From Limisphaerales bacterium (lineage in GTDB: Bacteria > Verrucomicrobiota > Verrucomicrobiia > Limisphaerales > SIBE01), in NCBI GenBank assembly GCA_044225505.1, contig JBGAIN010000032.1:1-60103 (forward strand): DNA of 60,103 nt. Reading direction: 5' to 3'. The notes under the pieces are model-generated. The model saw nothing but the letters and a program-made list of their open reading frames with translations. It did no database searches and was not told the origin of the DNA. This document shows, in pieces, positions 29,103 to 39,031 of this stretch. Both the position numbers and the translations under genes were made by a program. The first letter of the stretch is position 1; each line of letters starts with the position of its first letter.

Positions 29103-30581
29103 ATGACCCGCGTCTGCTCGCATGCTTTCGCTAAGTTCGCTGTGGCTCTATGGCTTGGCACCCTGAGCTGTTGGGCTGAGTTGTACCAGGTTGGCCCCCA
29201 ACGCACCTGGCATAGCCTGGCCGCGTTGCCTGAGCTTGTCGCTGGGGATATCGTGGCGATAGACCCTGGCACCTATCATGAGGTCAAACGCTGGACGCGG
29301 AGCGGCTCAGCGACCCTGCCGATCACCGTTCGAGGGGTTGGCGAGGTTCGTCCCGTATTCGATGCGACCGGGTTGAATGTGAGCGGTTCCCTTCCAAATC
29401 CACGGGCGATCTTCCAGATCGAAGGGGATCACATCGTGGTGGAGAATCTGGAGTTCCGGAACGCTCGGAACGGCGACAATGGCGCGGGAATTCGGATCTC
29501 GGGAGCGTCCGATGTGACCGTGAGGAATTGTCGAATCACGCAGTGCGATATGGGGGTCATGTCCGATCACAACCGCGGTTTGCTAATCGAATCTTCGGAG
29601 GTAGCGTCGAATGGAACGCCGCTTTACGACGGGTATAGCCACAACTTTTATTTGGGCGGCAACGACGCCACCATTCGGTTCTGCTCCATTCATGACGCGT
29701 TGTTCGGGCAGAACTTCAAGACTCGAGCGCATTACACGGAATTGCTCTACAACTTCATTGCGGATTCTCAAGATGGGGAGGTTGGGATGGTCGATGCTGA
29801 CGAGACCGGCGCGGTGGACAGCCACGCGCTTCTATTGGGCAATATCATCGTGAGCAAACCGCGGCAGGCCGGCTACAATTCCGGCCGGTTTATTCAATTC
29901 GGGCAGGATTCTGGATTACCCCACCGCGGCACCTTGTTCGCCTTTAACAATACTTGTGTGGCGGGAGATGGTAGGATTCGTTTTCTTGACGTGACTTCCC
30001 CGGAGGCTGCCGTTGTCGCGCACAACAACATCTTCTTTGGCAGTGACCGGGTTGTGGGACTTGCCGGAGCGGGGATTAGCGGCTCCAATAATTGGGTGCA
30101 ATCCACCGCCACGGGCACAGCGTCATTCCAAGGCAGTGTGGGTGGCAAGAATCCCGGATTCCGGGACGTCGCCGTGCGAGATTTTCGTTTGCTTCCGAAT
30201 TCGGCGTGCCGCCATCGCGGGCTCGAGCGGATGACCTTTCTGGACGGGGCTGGAGCCAGCCATCTAACAAGTCCGGAATATCAATATGTGAGTCCTGGAG
30301 CGGGGCGTTCTCGTTCAAACACTTCCGGTGTGGATCTCGGTGCACTCGCTAACAGCGTGGTCCTCATTAACGGGATTCGTTTGCGGGGAAGTTCGTGTGC
30401 CGTCAGCCTATTGGCGAACAGGGGTGACCGTTACGATTTGGAACGGATCGGTGACCTGGCCAATCGCGTGTGGAATCCCGTGATTACGGGGATCGCTCCC
30501 GCGGATGGGCTCTTCGAACTGATCGACACAGAGATCTCGTCCAGACCCAGACAGTTTTACCGAGTCATTTCTGCTCTGTGA
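29103..30581 (+). CDS. Secreted right-handed parallel beta-helix protein with C-terminal FYR module
   Basis: Signal peptide; GDIVAIDPGTY, NGAGIRI, HNFYLG, FKTRA, NNIFFG, PGF..DFRL..S; ends RQFYRVISAL. Confidence 0.85.
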   Translation: MTRVCSHAFAKFAVALWLGTLSCWAELYQVGPQRTWHSLAALPELVAGDIVAIDPGTYHEVKRWTRSGSATLPITVRGVGEVRPVFDATGLNVSGSLPNPRAIFQIEGDHIVVENLEFRNARNGDNGAGIRISGASDVTVRNCRITQCDMGVMSDHNRGLLIESSEVASNGTPLYDGYSHNFYLGGNDATIRFCSIHDALFGQNFKTRAHYTELLYNFIADSQDGEVGMVDADETGAVDSHALLLGNIIVSKPRQAGYNSGRFIQFGQDSGLPHRGTLFAFNNTCVAGDGRIRFLDVTSPEAAVVAHNNIFFGSDRVVGLAGAGISGSNNWVQSTATGTASFQGSVGGKNPGFRDVAVRDFRLLPNSACRHRGLERMTFLDGAGASHLTSPEYQYVSPGAGRSRSNTSGVDLGALANSVVLINGIRLRGSSCAVSLLANRGDRYDLERIGDLANRVWNPVITGIAPADGLFELIDTEISSRPRQFYRVISAL

Positions 30582-30907
30582 GTGCCGCGCTTCTGAAAGT
30601 TCTTCAGGACGGAGGAGTGAATCACTCGACTGGGCTTTCAAGAACGTTTGAAATCAAGCCCTTAAGACGACGCGAATGGGTCGCAGGCCGTGCATTCAGG
30701 CGTCTCCATGGCAGCGCGAATAACCGGGATCAAGGAGCACATTTTTCTCTCTTCTTAATGCTGGGTTAATGCACCGCGACCTAGATTTGGCCCGGTTAAT
30801 GTAGGCAAAGAGGCTGCGGACCTAGAATAACGCAGCCTGTGGCTCCCGTAAGAAAAGTCGTTCTGTAAAAAACGGTCACGCGTTATCGAATTTTCATAAG
30901 TCGCACT

Positions 30908-31867
30908 ATGAACTCCCAGAGTATTGCCCCTTTGCTGGTTGCTGGATTGATTCAGGTCACTCCCGTTGCACGGGCGCTTCATCAAGTGGTATTGATGCCC
31001 GGCTCGCCGGTGGCCATCGTCCTGCGCTGGGTTATCAGCGCCTCGGCGCTAGCGGGGACGTTTCACGCTGTGTCTGCCGCGACCGCGGTTCTGGCCAGTG
31101 CGTCGAGCATTACTGGGACAGTCGGCACTCGGCTGAGCTACCAGATCAAGATTAATGATGGGAAGAACCGTTTGGCCGAGTCGTGGATCGTCGCTGGTCA
31201 GACTTATGGACGAACGGGTTCGGCGTCTACGGGGCTACCAGCGGGTTTGACTCTTTCGTTAGCGACCGCAATCATTAGTGGCGTGCCGACCGCGGGTGGG
31301 ACGTTCGCTGTTCCAATCACTGCCTATGAACACCCGAATCTCAAGGGTGGAAAACTTAATTTCACTCTGAACTTCACGATTTCCGGAGGGGCCGTCGCAA
31401 CGGAAATCACGACACAGCCCAACTCCAGCCTCACCGTCCATGTTGGGGATATAATGACCCTAAGCGTTGCCGCGACGGGCGACTCGCTGCAATATCAGTG
31501 GCGACGTGATGGGGTGGATTTGATCGGGGCGAGCGGAAACACATTCACGCTTGAGAGTGTCACCGCGGCCGATGCCGGGAGCTACTCCGTCTTAGTCAGA
31601 GGCGCCGGTGGAAGTGTCGCAAGCGACACCGCCATCGTAACGGTGATTCCGCTCGAGCTGCAGCTTAGTCTTAGTGGAAACGAATTGAGCTTAAGTGCCG
31701 AGACGATTGTCGGCCGGCAGTATGCGATCGAATCGGCAGACTCCCTTCTCGGGCCTTGGACGACATTCATCGAGCCGTTTGTCTACGGTTCGAGCCTGTT
31801 GCATACAATGACTATCAACGGAGGGGATTTTCGTTTCTGGCGCTTGCGGGTGTCGCCACCGCCCTAG
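30908..31867 (+). CDS. Exported immunoglobulin-domain protein (putative Ig + I-set-like) with C-terminal FWR module
   Basis: GLPAGLTL..IISGVPTAGGTF; ITTQP..YQWRRDG..DAGSYSV; ends FRFWRLRVSPPP. Confidence 0.85.
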   Translation: MNSQSIAPLLVAGLIQVTPVARALHQVVLMPGSPVAIVLRWVISASALAGTFHAVSAATAVLASASSITGTVGTRLSYQIKINDGKNRLAESWIVAGQTYGRTGSASTGLPAGLTLSLATAIISGVPTAGGTFAVPITAYEHPNLKGGKLNFTLNFTISGGAVATEITTQPNSSLTVHVGDIMTLSVAATGDSLQYQWRRDGVDLIGASGNTFTLESVTAADAGSYSVLVRGAGGSVASDTAIVTVIPLELQLSLSGNELSLSAETIVGRQYAIESADSLLGPWTTFIEPFVYGSSLLHTMTINGGDFRFWRLRVSPPP

Positions 31868-32081
31868 GCCAATAGGGTCCAGGCATAAAACGCTACGACG
31901 AGATCCGAAACGCGCCTTCCTGCGGCTCTCGGGCGAGCATCTTCGGTTGTCCCACAAGGTTTCGAAGCTCATGAGTTGTGCTGTTTCATTCTGGCTATGA
32001 CGCGCCGTTGTGTTTATGATGGCAGCGGATGGGGCAATTGCCCGCCATGCCTTCAACTCAGCCAGCGAAAAGGAACGAATA

Positions 32082-33437
32082 ATGAGCGAGAACTTAACAC
32101 GTCGTGATTTCCTCCAACGCGCGGCCATTGGGTCCGCTGCTTTGACTTGGGTTAGTTCGGAGGGTGGGCCTTCCATCCTCGCTGCGGACGGGGCCAAACC
32201 TGCTGAACTTGGCTGAACACCAGCTCACGCGGGAGGATGGCCTGACTGGCCCAAGTGGCGCGAATCGTGGGAGCCGCAAGTGATGGAGGTGTTGCGCAGC
32301 GGGCGATGGTTCCGGGGCGCTGGGGAGCATGTGGCCGAATTCGAAAGTGCGTATGCTCAACTGTTGGGGGCCAAGCGCTGCCTGGCCACGGCGAGTGGAA
32401 CGACCGCTCTGATGGTGGCGCTGCACGTTATGGATGTCGACGCTGGTGATGAAGTGATCGTTTCGCCCTATACTTTTATAGCGACCTATAATGCAGTCCT
32501 CGCGAATAAGGCTTTGCCCGTCTTTGCGGACACAGACCCGGCTACCCTCACGATGGACCCGGCCTCGATCGCAAGCCGAATTACCGATCGCACGAAAGCC
32601 ATTCTGCCCGTGCATATCTTCGGTATGCCCTGCGACATGGATCCGATCAACGCGGTAGCACGCCAGCATAAGTTGGCGGTTGTCGAGGATGCTTGCCAGG
32701 CGTGGCTGGCCGAGTACAAGGGCCGGAAGTGCGGCACGATTGGAGATCTAGGGTGCTTTAGTTTCCAGAACTCCAAACACCTTCCGAGCGGAGAAGGGGG
32801 CGCCGTTACCGGAAACAGCGACGATCTTCTGGACCGCTGCCAAGCCTTCCACAACTGCGGCCGGAGCTATGGCAACTTCAAAAGCGAGAAGGCTTACTTT
32901 ACGCGCGGGAGTAACTACCGTATGCAGCAGATTCAAGCGGTGATTCTCATGCAGCAGTTCGAAAAGCTCATTCAGGAGACGAAACGCCGCCGCGAGAACG
33001 CAGACTACTTGACCGCGCAACTTCGAGAAATTCCTGGGATCCAAACTGTGCGGCTGCCTGAAAACAGCCAAGCGGTCTGGCATCTCTACCCATTCCGCTA
33101 CGATGCGCAGCAGTTTCACGGTCTTTCTCGCAGCCGCTTTATGCACGCGCTCTCGGCGGAGGGCGTCCCTTGCTCAGACGTTTATCATGAGCAATATTTC
33201 GACGGTCTGCTCGATGAAACGATCAACTCGCGTGGGTACCAGCGGTTATTCAGTGCTCAGCGCCTCAAAGAGTACCGGGACAGCTTCCACGATTTGAAGG
33301 GAAACCGCCAGGTGTGCGAGACTACAGTTGCCATCACGCAGAACTTGCTCTTGGCAGAGCGTTCGCACATGGATCACATCGTCGAGGCGATTCGTAAGCT
33401 GCAGAGCCACAGTGCGGCACTGGCGAAGATTTCCTGA
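32082..33437 (+). pseudogene. Tat-signal DegT/DnrJ/EryC1/StrS PLP aminotransferase interrupted by an in-frame TGA at 32214-32216
   Basis: TRRDFLQ Tat motif; KPAELG*TPAHAGGWPDWP continues in frame into SGTTAL, EDACQA, FSFQNSKHL..GEGG. Confidence 0.85.
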
Positions 33438-33481
33438 GCTGCTCGGAGAACGGTTGAACTCGCAACGAGATTAGATTCGCT

Positions 33482-36400
33482 CTACAGGTCTGAGCCAAAG
33501 CGCTCAAACCTTCCGAAGCGGAGCGCCAGGCTGGGCAGCACGAGCAAGTTGAGCAGGGTCGAGGTGATCAAACCGCCCAGGATCACGATCGCCATGGGCC
33601 CTTCTATCTCGCGCCCGGCGCTGGCGGAGCCGAGCGCAAGCGGAAGCAACCCGAGACCAGTGACGGTGGCGGTCATGAGAATGGGAAGCAGTCGCTCGGT
33701 CGCTCCGCGCAAAGCGGCGTCCGGTCCCCAGGTGAGCCCTTCGACGTTTACGAGATGTTCGAAGTGTGAGATCATCATGATCGAGTTGCGAGTGGTGATG
33801 CCAAAGAGCGTGATGAATCCCACCAGCGAGCCGATGGTGAGTGAGCTTTCGCTGGGCATGAGCAGTCCGCTGAACCAGACCGCGAAGACACCGCCCACGA
33901 GAGCAAAAGGGATGTTCGCCAGCACGAGCAGGAGATTGCGAGCGTTGCGAAAAACGGCTGCGAGCAGGAGAAGAATTCCGATCGCCGCGACCGTCGAATG
34001 AAGCAGGAGTTCATGCCGTGCTCGACGTTCGGCTTCAGCAGTGCCGCTAAAGCTGGCGTAAGATCCCGACGGGAAGACGACCTTCGCCGCGATTTGCTTT
34101 TTGGCGTCGGCGACAAAAGAGGAAATGTCCCGTCCACTTGCGCTGCACGTCACGGTCTGACGCCGCCTCGCGCCTTCGTGAAGGATGGAGGCGCGCCCGC
34201 CTGTCGGATAGATGCTAGCCAATTGACTGAGAGTTAATCGGGTCCCGGCGCTTGAGGTCAACAGTAAGGAGCCGATCGTTTCCGGGCGCTGACGCACTGC
34301 CGGGTCCAGGATCACCGCGATATCGATAGGTTGGTTGCCCTGGTGGGTTTGGGCCACGACGGTTCCCTGGTAGGCTGTCTGAATTGCTTCCAGCACGTCG
34401 AGCGGGCGGAAACCGAACTGATTCAGACGCTCGGGACGCAGGCGAATAGCGACGCGAGGCTCACCTGGGAGGGATTTCACTTTGACATCGGCATGGCCTG
34501 GAACGGAATTGAGAACTTGAGCGATTTCCTGGGCTTTTGCATCGATCTGGTCAAGCTTGTCACCGAAAACGTTCACAACGACCGGCGCCGTTTCGCCGCT
34601 GATTGTTTCACTGATTCGATCCCCCAGAAACGTCACGACCTCGTATTGCAGCCCGGGAAAACGGTCGAGCAAAGCTCGGATTTCATCGGCCACGCCGGCC
34701 TGATCGATCGACGCCCCCGCGCGAAGCTCGATGTGAAATTCCGATCGATTCGGCCCCCATGGATCTTCGCCAAGTTCGGCTCGGCCAATTTGCTGTTCGA
34801 CCGTAGCGATATTGGTGTTGGCCAACAGTTGGATCGACAATTGGGCGCCAATGCGGCGCATTTCCGGCAGCGACATGCCGGGAGCGGCGACGACTTGGAC
34901 GACGAAATGGCCTTCGCGGAATTCAGGCAAAAACTCTCCGCCAAAGAAGGGCACGCGTGTTGCCGCAATGATACAGAACATCGCCACGACGAAGACAATG
35001 GTTCTAGGCCGGTTCGCAACTCGTTCCAGCAAGCGGGCGTAAGTGCCTTTCAGCCAGGATTGAAAGGCCGGCTCGTGCGCTTGGCGGACTCCGTTCGCGA
35101 AGAGCAAGTAAGCCAAGGCAGGCGTGAGAGTCACCGCGACGAGTAACGAGGCCAAGATCGCGAGAATATAGCTTAACGCCAGGGGTGCGAAGAAGCTGCC
35201 CTGCAATCCCGTAAGCGTCAGCACGGGCAGGAAGATCAAGGCAACAATGAACGTCGCGTGAACAACTGCTCGCCGCACTTCCAGGGAAGCGTCCAGCACG
35301 ACGTCGAAGATCGGGCGCGGTCGATCCAGGCGCGCGCTTTCGCGTAAGCGCCGGAAGATATTCTCGACATCGATGATCGAGTCGTCGACCACTTCGCCCA
35401 AGGCAATCGCGAGTCCGCCAAGGGTGATCGTGTTAATGGTAATGCCAAACCGTCCCAACACGAGTACTGCTGTCAGCAACGACAGGGGGATCGCCATGAG
35501 TGAGATAAACGCCGTTCGGACGCTGCCGAGCAGGAGAAATAACACCACGGCCACGAGTAAACCGCCCACCGCCAGCGAATGCCGCATGTTGGACAAGGCA
35601 GCTTCGATGAACGTCGCAGGCCGGTGCAACCGTGGGTAAAGACGAATTCCAGATTTCTCGAACAGCGGCTTTAGCTCATCCAAGGCTTCTTCCAGGGCGC
35701 GAGTGACCTCCATGGTATTCGCGCCATATTGGCTGGACATGGTGAGAAGGACTCCGGGAAATCCTTGAATGAGTGTATCCCCAAACTTGGGCTCCGACGC
35801 CTCGACGACGTGAGCCACATCTTTGAGGCAGACGCTAAAGCCATTGGTGTGAATCACGACCACGCTGCCGAGAATCTCCGGAGTCAGCGTCTGAGAGTCC
35901 ATTTGCAAAGTAATTCGTTGATTCGACGTTTCGATAAAGCCGGTTCCAGTGACGCCGGTCGCGACCCGTGCGGCCCCGAGCACATCGGTCAGCGTGAGGT
36001 CGTAGGCTAGTAGTCGATCTGGAATTACCTGAACCTGAAATTGACGGACATCGCCCCCAAAACTGCTGCACTTGGCAACCCCAGGCACCGAAAGTAAGCG
36101 GGGTTTGATCGTCCAATCGGCAAAGGTGCGCAGTTCGGTCGGTGTTAGTTTCTCCGAGGTGAGTCCAATCTTCAGCAGGTCCATGGTGGACGATGTCAGC
36201 GGCGTCATCCTCGGCGTTTTGACGGTGTTGGGCAGAGCGCTTGTTGTTTCGGCAAGTTGCTCGGCCAGAGTCTGACGCGCCCGGAAGACATCTACCCCTT
36301 CTTTGAATACCGCGGTAATGATGGAAAGCCCTTGGATGGACTCGGAACGAAGGGTCTCCATGTCTCCCAATCCAGTGATCTGGTTTTCAATCGGAAGTGT

Positions 36401-36595
36401 GACTAGCACTTCCACCTGTTCTGGTGCCAGGCCTGGACATTCGGTCTGAATGACCACTTGCGGTTGCACGAAGTTGGGAAAGACGTCCAGCTTGGCGTTG
36501 GCCACGCCGTAAAGCCCGCACCCGAGCAGCACGCAGGCCAGGGCGACAACTGTGCCTCGGTATTGAAGAGAGAACCTGACTAAGGCCTGGAGCAT
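33482..36595 (-). CDS. RND efflux permease, CusA/CzcA (HME)-like
   Basis: LDVFP, PEQVEVLVTLPIE, GLAIALGEVVDDSIIDVENI, ERLLPILMTA, PMAIVILGGL. Confidence 0.95.
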   Translation of the reverse strand: MLQALVRFSLQYRGTVVALACVLLGCGLYGVANAKLDVFPNFVQPQVVIQTECPGLAPEQVEVLVTLPIENQITGLGDMETLRSESIQGLSIITAVFKEGVDVFRARQTLAEQLAETTSALPNTVKTPRMTPLTSSTMDLLKIGLTSEKLTPTELRTFADWTIKPRLLSVPGVAKCSSFGGDVRQFQVQVIPDRLLAYDLTLTDVLGAARVATGVTGTGFIETSNQRITLQMDSQTLTPEILGSVVVIHTNGFSVCLKDVAHVVEASEPKFGDTLIQGFPGVLLTMSSQYGANTMEVTRALEEALDELKPLFEKSGIRLYPRLHRPATFIEAALSNMRHSLAVGGLLVAVVLFLLLGSVRTAFISLMAIPLSLLTAVLVLGRFGITINTITLGGLAIALGEVVDDSIIDVENIFRRLRESARLDRPRPIFDVVLDASLEVRRAVVHATFIVALIFLPVLTLTGLQGSFFAPLALSYILAILASLLVAVTLTPALAYLLFANGVRQAHEPAFQSWLKGTYARLLERVANRPRTIVFVVAMFCIIAATRVPFFGGEFLPEFREGHFVVQVVAAPGMSLPEMRRIGAQLSIQLLANTNIATVEQQIGRAELGEDPWGPNRSEFHIELRAGASIDQAGVADEIRALLDRFPGLQYEVVTFLGDRISETISGETAPVVVNVFGDKLDQIDAKAQEIAQVLNSVPGHADVKVKSLPGEPRVAIRLRPERLNQFGFRPLDVLEAIQTAYQGTVVAQTHQGNQPIDIAVILDPAVRQRPETIGSLLLTSSAGTRLTLSQLASIYPTGGRASILHEGARRRQTVTCSASGRDISSFVADAKKQIAAKVVFPSGSYASFSGTAEAERRARHELLLHSTVAAIGILLLLAAVFRNARNLLLVLANIPFALVGGVFAVWFSGLLMPSESSLTIGSLVGFITLFGITTRNSIMMISHFEHLVNVEGLTWGPDAALRGATERLLPILMTATVTGLGLLPLALGSASAGREIEGPMAIVILGGLITSTLLNLLVLPSLALRFGRFERFGSDL

Positions 36596-36623
36596 GAGAG
36601 GGATTTCGCGAGATCGCGATGGG

Positions 36624-37600
36624 TTACTCGATGTCCTGCCCTTTCAACTCCTCTGACAGCAGTTGCTGTGCACCCAGGGTGACCACCTTGTCTTGCGGCT
36701 TCAATCCGTCCTCCACGAACCAGCCGTTTTCGACCATGGACGAGAGCCCTACGGCGGTTCGCTGAAACGCTTCCTCCGAGGTCTGAACATAAACCCAAGG
36801 GTCACCGTTCAAGTACACAATCGATTCCTTCGGCAAAAGGACTCCATCCCGGGGAGTGGCTGGCAATGTCAACAGGCCTGTGATCGCTGCGCCAGGAACG
36901 AGACCTGATCGGTTGGACTGAACCAAAAAGAAATAGCCGGCGTCTTGCATCGAACTGACGGTTGGCGCTGGGCCCAGGTACTGGGCGTCGACAGGCGAAG
37001 CTTCCGCATCGAGAGGCAATAAACGCGCCCCGACCGGAGCGTTCTTGAGGCGTTCACCCGAGGGAATGCGAATTTCAACCAAGGCCGATTTCAACGAGCT
37101 CAGATTTTCGGCCAAGAGCGCCAGATCCTTACGCTCTGAAATAGNNNAGTGGCCAACAAGCGGAGGCGACTCGTTTCGCCTTGGGTGCGATCGCGGATCG
37201 CGGCGGTTTCCGCCGCTTGCAGAGCTCGTTCCGAAGCGTTGTTCTGGAGGGCGAGAGCTTTAAGGCGTTTCAGTTCAGCTTGGGAAGCCTCGCTCACGGC
37301 CTGGGCAATGGTCAAATCTGCAACCGAAGTAACAAGCGATGTCACATCGAGAACGCGCCCGTAACCCTTAAGCTCGGGACTGAGCTGGAATGGCGGCAGC
37401 GGCACCGTCTGGAGCCCGATCAATTTTTGCGTTGGAGCATCCACCGCGACAATCACGGCGCCCTCCGGAGTGTGGCGGACGCGGGAATGCTTCTCCGCTT
37501 CTCCTTCGTGCGGGGCTGCGGCGGGTTCGTTCCCTGGCCGCCCACACCCGCCGAGGAGTGCGAGCGCACCGATCATGAGCAGAAGACTCTGGGATTTCAT
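36624..37600 (-). CDS. RND membrane-fusion (periplasmic adaptor) lipoprotein, broken by the assembly gap at 37145-37147
   Basis: LLGGC lipobox; coiled-coil hairpin; GVLLPKESIV..WVYV..GLKPQDKVVTLGAQQLLSEE C-terminus; NNN between the two halves. Confidence 0.85.
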
Positions 37601-38974
37601 TCGGAGCGTGGATGGATGCCCGATTCAAAGATGGCGTTGGGGATGTCGAGCGGTTGTTGAATCGCATCCTCCAGCGCGCCCAGGGCTTGCTGTAGTTTGA
37701 CGACGGCATCGAGGCGGGTCAGCCGGGTGGCATTGAGTTCGAGGCTGGCCGACAGGACATCCAAGCGATCGGAAGCACCGGATTGAAACTGCTGCTCCAC
37801 AACCTTTACTTGCGTTTTTTGCGCGGTGACTAAGGTGTCCTGCGCCACAAGATTTGTTCGGCATGCGCCGAAAGAAGCCGCTGAAAGAAGCGACTGCGAT
37901 ATCGACTTCTCGCCCATATCGCCTGACGACCTGAAATGAGCGGCGCTGGCTTCGCCGACGTGGCCGCCGCCTCGGCTATAGGCCCCGATGCCAGTTGAGA
38001 ATGGCACCGTTGCCGCTCCCGCACTGCTGACCATGTCAGCCTTCGTCTCTGGCGTTCCAACTGTATCCGGGGCCAGCAAAGCCAGGTATTGCTTGGCGAT
38101 CTCAAAGCTGCAACGCGCGACCGACTGCTCGATATCAGCCAGCGCCTGATATCGTCCGCGCGCTGCTGGCGCCGCGTCAGGGCGCTGCTGGGTCGTCCAA
38201 TTCCTGCGGTCTGGATAATCCGTAGCAGGTCGCACAAAATCGACTTTAATCGCCCGCTGACAGTCCGCGCGCCCGCGCAGCCAATGGGCGAGCCTCCGCC
38301 AGGAGTCGTTGGGCGTCATTAACCCGCGCGCGCGCGGACGAGAGCCAGGCGTGTATTCCGTCCCAGCGCCGGCGACAGCGCCGGTCTGAACTGCTGATCC
38401 GGGCGCGTCATTAGATCGCCACGGGACGGCAACGTTTACCGGTTCTCGAGCAGGAGGTCGCAAGCTGCGCGGCTGCCAATTCCGCGCAGCCCCATCCGCA
38501 CTCGACCTGCACGGTCCAGAAGGGATCGTTGCCACATTGAGCCAAAAACTTCGTTGCCAGGCATGCTCGGTCCGGGAATCCGGCGTTTTCCGGCCGTTTC
38601 GAAAGTGAGGTCGAAGATAAGTCCTGGAACCAGGACTGAACGCTCGCCGCCCATAGCGCCCGATGCGTGACCGCTGGTTTTGGACGCCCGGCGCGTCTGC
38701 TGGTTTCTGACGATTGCTGGGGCCTGCGCCTCCCTCCCAGGCTTGGGTGATGAAGAAAGCGGTCAGGCGTCAGTATCTCTAAAATCCCACCTGGCGTCGG
38801 CCATTGGGCTATGGATGACGAAGGTTCGCGCTGGAGAAATTCCTTGAGCTCGAATTGGCATGTCCGACTGTCCAGGCGTTGCCTGTCTCTCGCCGAGAGT
38901 GGCCTTGGTTCAAATCGAGCGCATCCGACGCACAGAGTCGTCAAAAGGATCGAAGTGGCAGCCAGCGCTCTCAT
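37597..38974 (-). pseudogene. TolC-family outer-membrane efflux protein with many indels (decay or low-quality consensus)
   Basis: Lipoprotein start MRALAA..VGCARFEPRPLS; fragments HPSL, PGLIFDLTFETAGKRR, EIAKQY, GPIAEAAA in different frames; intact C-terminus QQALGALEDAIQQPL. Confidence 0.75.
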
Positions 38975-39031
38975 GGGCAATGCCTCGAGTATGGGCTCGT
39001 TCCGGACGCTCCGCAAGCAATCGCGGGCCGA

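Noticed and set aside
30864..30890. Fourth copy of the ECF promoter motif upstream of the Ig-domain gene
   Set aside because: TGTAAAA-N16-CGAA differs in both boxes; it may belong to another sigma and cannot be supported from one copy
32214..32216. Selenocysteine or genome-wide TGA recoding
   Set aside because: The position corresponds to Gly in a linker, no clear SECIS-like hairpin follows, and many genes here end in TGA
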